Below are positions 26,309 to 32,000 of a stretch of DNA of 32,000 bases, one piece after another. Position 1 is the stretch's first letter. Each line of letters starts with the position of its first letter. The position numbers and the translations under genes were made by a program. The DNA is from Nitrosarchaeum sp. (GTDB lineage: Archaea; Thermoproteota; Nitrososphaeria; Nitrososphaerales; Nitrosopumilaceae). The DNA is taken from the NCBI GenBank assembly GCA_003569705.1, contig BGOU01000010.1, positions 203,694 to 235,693 on the forward strand. Reading direction: 5' to 3'. The notes below the pieces were generated by a model, which worked only from the letters and a program-made list of their open reading frames with translations, was not told the DNA's origin and did no database searches.

Positions 26309-27769
26309 TTAGGGTTTAGAACGGACAGATTTTGTACTGAGCGATTTTAATTTTTTGTTTTTTTCAAGGATTTGTTTTTTAATTTTTTGTTGTTGAATTT
26401 TTAATTTTTGATTTTTAATTTTGATTTGAGTTTCAATTTTTTTACGTTTTTGCTTTATTTTTCCAAAGTCTTTTTTTCGTTTTCAAGTTGTTTTGCCAAA
26501 ATGCCTTGAATTTGTAATTTATCCTGTTCCTCCTTTGTTTTTTTAAAAATATTTTCTTTTTCTTTAGTTATGATTTCAATGATCTTTAATCTTTCTTCTT
26601 TTGCTTTAATCAAGTCATTTTCTTGTAATTTAATTAATTTTTTTAATTTTTCAGACTCATCAAGTTTAGTTTTCTCTTGGGTTACTTGGGATGTAATGTC
26701 ATCACATTCTTTTTAGTTTTTTCCAAATCTGTTTGTTTTTCTCTTATTTCACGAGCAATTTGGGCTTGTTTAAGTAGATTGAACTTTTGTTCTTCAATCA
26801 TTTTAGATAGCAAAATTTGTTCCTGTTTTATCTGTTTTTCAATTTCTTCTTGTTCTAATTGTGTTTGTGTAAGCTGATTTTTTTGATATTGAAGATCTTT
26901 TGTTATAGTGTCTTTTTCAATTGTAATTTTTTTCATTAGTTCGTTTCTTTCAAACTTTACTTTTTCTAATTCTACCTTTTGTGAAATAATCTGCTCAGAT
27001 ATTTTTGTTTGTGTTTGAATATTGATGTGTTCTTCTGTAATTTGTGACTCTAGCAAAGTTTTTTCTAATAAAACTTGTTTTTCATAATCTTTTCTGTTTA
27101 AAATAAGATGTGATAATTTAGAACGTTGTAAATTGATTTCATCATAGATTTTTTGTCGGTCATCAAGTAGCTCTTCTTCAGTTTTAATTTTTTCATATAT
27201 CCCAGTTAATTCATTTGAGTTGTTTTCTGGAGGATGCCAATCTTTAGGCATTAAACCTCGAAGTTTCAGAGGGGTTGGATCATGTTTTACCTCTGTAAGT
27301 GTAATTTTTTGTTCAAATTTATTCATATGTTTTATCTTATCTTCTGGGCATACATCAAAATGAGGGATGTTATTTTTTAGAGAGGTGTTGTTTATTCCAA
27401 GTTTATTTTCAAGATATACTTGATCTGAGTGATACAGAGGTTTGTTCTGGGACAACATATCACAAATATGCTGTAATCTTCCAGGATCACCATTATTAGA
27501 GTCAATTAATTTCTGAATTTTTGAAATGAGTTCATTTTCTTTTGGTTTTTCATCATCAATTATCATAAATAGTATATTGAACTTATTTTCCAAATACATG
27601 TGATCTGAGTGATACAGAGGTTTGTTCTGTTTAAGAAATTCAAGAATGTAAGATAATCGTCCAACATCGCCATCATTTGCATCAATAATGGATACTATTT
27701 TTTAATGATTTGAATATGTGTGATGTATTGTGGATTGTCATCTTTATTCAATTCACTTTTGAACAGCAT
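26309..27769 (-). pseudogene. long coiled-coil protein gene interrupted by three -1 frame changes at A-runs (track ORF 26682..27599 is the largest piece)
   Basis: Hand translation shows four collinear open segments, from ATG 27769 to TAA 26309. The breaks are at ATT-AAA-AAA-TAG (27695-27706), ACT-AAA-AAG (26709-26717) and GAA-AAA-AAG (26470-26478). Confidence 0.7.
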
Positions 27770-27913
27770 AGTCAAGTATAAAAAAACAAGTAAAGATAAT
27801 TCACATTTTCATAAATTTTAAGTGATTCGATCACAACAGATCAACCAAAAATAGAGAGTGAAATAAACAAAAAACGGTTGGAGTTTATTAGATGGCATAC
27901 AGGTAATTAATCA

Positions 27914-28141
27914 ATGAAAAGCGGTGTCGTGATTGTGGTCACCGGAGTGATGATGGTAATATGTGGATTGATATTGTTTTATGCTATTCAGAGTAGCCCT
28001 CAGATAGAGCCTTTCTTTAGAACAATAAAACATGCAGGAACATTTATCGGTTTATTAGGTATCGGAGTAACATTGGCAGGAATTTTGTTGTATTTGATTA
28101 ATAGAAATCAACCACAAATTCAAGAAGATTTTGATGTATGA
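27914..28141 (+). CDS. small two-TM membrane protein (hypothetical)
   Basis: 75 aa with two hydrophobic helices (VVIVVTGVMMVICGLILFYAI; FIGLLGIGVTLAGILLYLI). Confidence 0.6.
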   Translation: MKSGVVIVVTGVMMVICGLILFYAIQSSPQIEPFFRTIKHAGTFIGLLGIGVTLAGILLYLINRNQPQIQEDFDV

Positions 28142-28175
28142 AAATATAGCAATTACACCTAAAATCAATTAATTT

Positions 28176-28415
28176 TTAGTTTAATTGTGTTCCTTGTAGA
28201 TACCAATCAAAATAGGGTTTTAGATTTTTACATAATTTTTTCTTTTCAGTATCATCATTTATGCCTAGAATTACCTGAATTTTTCCATGAAGATAATTTT
28301 GCGTAATATCACTTTTAAGATGTGGTTGGATTTGAGTTAAAATTTCAAGAAGTTTATCAGAGGATGTATTATCAAAATCATTTAAAATTTGGCTAACTTC
28401 ATCCCGTAATGACAC
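28176..28415 (-). CDS. hypothetical protein
   Basis: 79-aa ORF. No family recognised. Confidence 0.5.
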   Translation of the reverse strand: MSLRDEVSQILNDFDNTSSDKLLEILTQIQPHLKSDITQNYLHGKIQVILGINDDTEKKKLCKNLKPYFDWYLQGTQLN

Positions 28416-28465
28416 ACAGAATACAAAATAAATCCCATTATTACATTATTGGTCAAGTATATTTT

Positions 28466-28699
28466 CTAAATAAGATCTTTGTCATCCCAGGTAAGACGAA
28501 ATTTTCCAACGACTCTAAAAAGTTCTAATTTCCCACCTTTTCTAAATTTTAGTTTATATGAATTCTGAGATGTGTCATAAATTTCCAGAGAAACATCGTC
28601 AGCAATAGTTTCAAAAATCACAGGATTGTTAGATATCTCCTTCCAGTCATTTGGTTCAAAATCAAGATAGAATTTAGTATAAAGTAGACCCATTTTCAA
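28466..28699 (-). CDS. hypothetical protein
   Basis: 77-aa ORF with beta-rich-looking sequence. No family recognised. Confidence 0.5.
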   Translation of the reverse strand: MKMGLLYTKFYLDFEPNDWKEISNNPVIFETIADDVSLEIYDTSQNSYKLKFRKGGKLELFRVVGKFRLTWDDKDLI

Positions 28700-28750
28700 A
28701 TATAGTAAAACATGCCAGAATAAAAACTAGATAGCATCAATTAGAAATAC

Positions 28751-29332
28751 TCATTCTAATTCTTGATAGTTTTTTGGCATACTAGTGCTAAGATAACTCA
28801 TAATTGTGGGATAGATTGTATCATGGTCTTTATCATTATGAATGATAGAAAAAACTCTATTGATCAATTGTTGAATTTCTAAATGCTCATCACGGTATAA
28901 AGTTTTTTTGGGGTTTTTGTTTGAATCTAAAAGAGTAAATCCATTATCAGTTTGTAGAATATTTTTCAGTAAAGAATTCGCTATGATGATTTTTTCATTT
29001 ACATCTTTATGTTGATAATCGGTTTCAAGTTTTTTTATGTAGTTTTTTATGTTGTGAAAAGACGTATTTGTGATTCTTTCAATATGTTGTTGAAATCGTG
29101 TAGCATAATTTAATGTCGGAGCATAAAATTTCATATTTCCTTTTTTTTGAACCGAAACTATTTCTTTTTCAAGTAATGCGTCCCTAGTCTTTTCGAATGT
29201 TGTTTTGGCCATATATTCAGGAACGATGATTTTCATCAATGCGTTATGATGTATGTTAGGATTGTTTTTGATACATTCCAAAACAATCCTTTCACGCTCG
29301 TATAGTTCTGAATCAGGCTCAAGATAAGTCAT
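28751..29332 (-). CDS. winged-helix DNA-binding protein, paralog of 22429..22995
   Basis: 193 aa. N-terminal wHTH-like RERIVLECIKNNPNIHHNALMK....TFEKTRDALLEKEIVSVQKKGN, with a shared C-terminal helical region. Confidence 0.6.
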   Translation of the reverse strand: MTYLEPDSELYERERIVLECIKNNPNIHHNALMKIIVPEYMAKTTFEKTRDALLEKEIVSVQKKGNMKFYAPTLNYATRFQQHIERITNTSFHNIKNYIKKLETDYQHKDVNEKIIIANSLLKNILQTDNGFTLLDSNKNPKKTLYRDEHLEIQQLINRVFSIIHNDKDHDTIYPTIMSYLSTSMPKNYQELE

Positions 29333-29335
29333 CTC

Positions 29336-29353
29336 TACTAGGTCGACCTAGTA
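29336..29353. promoter_or_regulatory. perfect 18-bp palindrome TACTAGGTC|GACCTAGTA, a candidate operator 3 nt upstream of the wHTH start codon
   Basis: Read directly from the sequence. An A/T-rich TATA-like AAATATAT (29364-29371) lies about 31 nt upstream of the ATG, so the palindrome would cover the expected transcription start site. Confidence 0.5.
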
Positions 29354-29437
29354 TACACAGGTCATATATTTATCAATATCGACAAATAAAAAATTGTCAA
29401 GAAAAATCATAATGAAGATTTAATGGCTAAATGTGGA

Positions 29438-29680
29438 TTATTTTAGTGGTTTTAGAATGGGTTTTGTTTCAATTGTATTACCCCAAGATATCCTACCCCA
29501 CATTCGTTCATGAAAATAATAAATTATCGTAGCTGCAACATTGAAAACTATTGTAACAAGAGAAGTTTCATAGATATTTTTAGTAAATAACCAGAGCAAA
29601 GTAAACAATAATACAGTAATTGAGCCTCGGTAAACAGCAGTTTTTGCCAAAGTCCTTTTTGTACTATCCATATACTCCAT
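29438..29680 (-). CDS. DUF2061 membrane protein
   Basis: 80 aa. Pattern RTLAKTAVYRGSITVLLF....F.........V.NV..TIIYYFHERMW matches the DUF2061 signature. Confidence 0.7.
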   Translation of the reverse strand: MEYMDSTKRTLAKTAVYRGSITVLLFTLLWLFTKNIYETSLVTIVFNVAATIIYYFHERMWGRISWGNTIETKPILKPLK

Positions 29681-29807
29681 TTCACAGTAATTAGATTATC
29701 AGATTGATGTTGTGCGGTTACGCATCCATCATCCTTTTAAGAAGGAATTAAAAAATATCCAATCCTCAATCCAATGAAGATTCTAAGAATAAATTTTTTG
29801 GCTAGTA

Positions 29808-29915
29808 TCAACAATTACAACTGGGTTTTTTCTTGGTATGCGCTTTAATCATGTGGCGAATCATTCTTTCGGATTCTGAAAATTCCATACCGCATTCTCT
29901 ACATTTAGTTTCCAT
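29808..29915 (-). CDS. mini C2H2 zinc-finger protein (35 aa)
   Basis: The track ORF (29808..30014) overlaps the EF-2 3' end. The internal ATG 29915 gives METKCRECGMEFSESERMIRHMIKAHTKKKPSCNC, which has a classical C-x2-C-x12-H-x4-H spacing. Confidence 0.55.
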   Translation of the reverse strand: METKCRECGMEFSESERMIRHMIKAHTKKKPSCNC

Positions 29916-30000
29916 TATGACTTTTTCTTTGCTAAAAAATCTCATGAAGGCAATTTTTAATTCAATATTAAAAATGTTTATCAAAAATGAAATTCTATTT

Positions 30001-32000
30001 TTATTCTCTATCAATATATTCGTCTATGCCAGGAGGTTCTGGTGCAAGACCTTTTCTCTTTCTTATTTCTGCGATTGCAGTAGTAGCTATAGATTTTGGA
30101 AGCTCAGTCCATGCCTTAAAGGAAGTATTCCATGTTGCACGTCCTGCTGTTTGACCTCTCATTGCTTCTGAAAGTGTAAATGTTTCAGCTGCTGGAATTT
30201 CACCGACGATAATACTGGAAGCTCCTTTTTGTACCATGTCAAGTACTTTACCACGTTTTCCAGATAATACGGTGGCAACGTTTCCTACAAGATCTGTCGG
30301 AACTCTAATTTCAATTGCAAGCATTGGTTCCAGCATTGTAGTTCCAGCGGTTAAAAGTGCACCCATACAAGCACGTCTAGAAGCAGGACCTAATTGGGAC
30401 AAACCTCTGTGTGCAGTATCCTCGTGAGGAACAAAGTGTGTAAAGGTAAACTTGCAATCCCTCATTTGCTCTCTGCATATAGGACCTTCTTTCATAACTT
30501 CTTCAAATCCAGAATTAATAGAGTCAGTAGATTCTTGAATAAATTGAACACCTTTTGTTCCATTAATCATGACATTTCCACGTGAATCCAATCTCATAAC
30601 TCTCTTAACAGTATCAGTATCCCAACCTGCACCCTTGAGAAGATCAGCTACCACCTTTTTGTCTTTCATGTCACTGATTTCACCTGTTCTAAGCATATGA
30701 GCAATGGCAGGTTCTAAAGGTTCAACCTTCATGAAAATCTTGTTATGTCTATTTGGTGATTTTGACATTATTGGATCACATTTGCCTTTGACAGTTTCTC
30801 TGTAATTGATAAGTGGCTCAGATGTAATAATTTCTAATTTAGTATCTTGAATACGATGTGTAGCTACATCAAGATGAAGTACACCCATTCCAGCAACAAG
30901 TGTTTCACCTGTTTCTTCATCAATTTTTACTACTAGATTAGGATCTTCAATCGTTAGTTGTCTGAGAACCTCAACTAGTTTAGGTAAATCTTTTGGATGT
31001 TTTGGCTCAATTGCAATTTGAACAACAGGTTCTGAAACATATTTGACACCTTCAAACATTGGTATGCCTTTCACAGATGAAATTGTATTGCCAGCTCTGG
31101 CTTCAGTTAATCCCAATAATGCAGGAATGTTTCCAGCACCTAATTCACCAACTTGTTCTCTTTGGTTACCCATGAAAAAGTTTACAGATTGAACTCTTCC
31201 TTCTCGTTTCGAATCTATAATGTTAATTGTTTGTCCATCCTTTATGGTTCCTGAAAATAATCTACCAATTGCAACAGGTCCAGCAGCTGGATCTAACACC
31301 ATGTTGACAACCATCATAATTGTTGGTCCATCGTCACTACATGCCAAAAGTGCTTTTCCTATATCAGAGTCAAGATCTCCTTTCCAAATTTGAGGAATTC
31401 TATATTTTTGAGCAACATCTGGTGGTGGAATGTGTTTAACTACCATCCCCAATACTGCGTCAGCCAACGGAGCTCGTGCCACTAGATCATCGACTTTTTC
31501 ATTTTTATATGCATCAATAACATCTTTGAATGTAATTCCTTTTTCTTTCATAATATCCACGTTAAACGCCCACTTGTCTTTAGCAGAACCAAATGTTACA
31601 CTAGCATCTTGAATTGATACTTTCCATTTTTCTTTGTATTCCGGTTCTGCATAAGTCTCAATTAATTGGTTAAAGCTAGATACCACACCTGCAAGTGTTT
31701 CTTGCATTTTTTCTGGAGTTAAACGGAGTTCTTTGATTAATCTATCCACTTTGTTGATAAACAAAACAGGTCTGACTCTTTCTTCCAGAGCCATTCTTGT
31801 TACAGTTTCTGTTTGAGTCATAATTCCTTCAACTGCATCACAGACAACTGTTGCCCCGTCAATTGCTCTAAGGCTTCGAATTACTCTTCCACTAAAATCA
31901 ACGTGTCCAGGGGTATCAATCATGTTAATGACGTATTCTTTGTCTTTTTGTGTAAAGTGCAATGTTACGTTTGCTTGATAAATTGTAATTCCTCTTGCCT
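30001..32000 (-). CDS. fusA: translation elongation factor 2 (aEF-2), 5'-truncated by the window edge
   Basis: The frame stays open to nt 32000 (ARGITIYQANVTLHFTQKD...). Contains GTPase motif DTPGHVDF, NKVDR and the diphthamide-region HRG. The N-terminal roughly 70-80 aa lie outside the window. Confidence 0.95.
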   Translation of the reverse strand, partial: ARGITIYQANVTLHFTQKDKEYVINMIDTPGHVDFSGRVIRSLRAIDGATVVCDAVEGIMTQTETVTRMALEERVRPVLFINKVDRLIKELRLTPEKMQETLAGVVSSFNQLIETYAEPEYKEKWKVSIQDASVTFGSAKDKWAFNVDIMKEKGITFKDVIDAYKNEKVDDLVARAPLADAVLGMVVKHIPPPDVAQKYRIPQIWKGDLDSDIGKALLACSDDGPTIMMVVNMVLDPAAGPVAIGRLFSGTIKDGQTINIIDSKREGRVQSVNFFMGNQREQVGELGAGNIPALLGLTEARAGNTISSVKGIPMFEGVKYVSEPVVQIAIEPKHPKDLPKLVEVLRQLTIEDPNLVVKIDEETGETLVAGMGVLHLDVATHRIQDTKLEIITSEPLINYRETVKGKCDPIMSKSPNRHNKIFMKVEPLEPAIAHMLRTGEISDMKDKKVVADLLKGAGWDTDTVKRVMRLDSRGNVMINGTKGVQFIQESTDSINSGFEEVMKEGPICREQMRDCKFTFTHFVPHEDTAHRGLSQLGPASRRACMGALLTAGTTMLEPMLAIEIRVPTDLVGNVATVLSGKRGKVLDMVQKGASSIIVGEIPAAETFTLSEAMRGQTAGRATWNTSFKAWTELPKSIATTAIAEIRKRKGLAPEPPGIDEYIDRE

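Noticed and set aside
26677-26877. 66-aa plus-strand ORF
   Set aside because: It is antisense to the coiled-coil gene and is a Cys/Ser/Phe low-complexity product of T-rich antisense sequence.
21399-29700. Considered calling the ORFan block an integrated virus or mobile element
   Set aside because: No integrase, transposase, capsid or terminase-like sequence, flanking tRNA or direct att-like repeats could be seen. It is reported only as a probable flexible island.
29833-30171. 112-aa plus-strand ORF spanning the C2H2 gene and the EF-2 3' end
   Set aside because: It is antisense to two supported genes and has a Cys/Ser/Phe/Leu-rich composition.

Overview
AT-rich archaeal chromosome segment. 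Gene content (aEF-2, archaeal-type PurP, TatAC, many small ORFans) and protein style suggest an ammonia-oxidising thaumarchaeon of the Nitrosopumilus type; this is inference, as no search was run. The left two thirds are core metabolism. A minus-strand purine operon, purS, purQ-purL-purF, RAM-domain gene, DUF427 gene, purC, lies at 3.7-9.8 kb with overlapping stop/start codons. Other core genes are purP, tatC-tatA, ubiX, a CBS-TrkH fusion transporter, ArsR-type regulators, a SIMPL protein, a PPOX/F420-type protein, a DUF151 nuclease and an HD (SpoT-hydrolase-like) protein. The window ends in a 5'-truncated EF-2 gene. From about 21.4 to 29.7 kb there is an ORFan-rich block with two paralogous wHTH regulators, an orphan PIN-like gene, a secreted Ig-like protein and decayed genes. 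I did not recognise a clear novel multi-gene system such as a defence or secretion system. The best leads are: (1) a roughly 487-codon coiled-coil gene split over four frames, where every break is a -1 shift on an AAA-AAR lysine run, one of them an exact A-AAA-AAG heptamer; (2) a 78-nt multi-stem element followed by oligo-T between convergent genes; (3) a 670-bp ORF-free gap with alternative pairings around a G7 tract; (4) an 18-bp perfect palindrome abutting a wHTH gene start; (5) a 9-aa-periodic, extremely basic protein. All family calls come from motif recognition by eye and are unverified.
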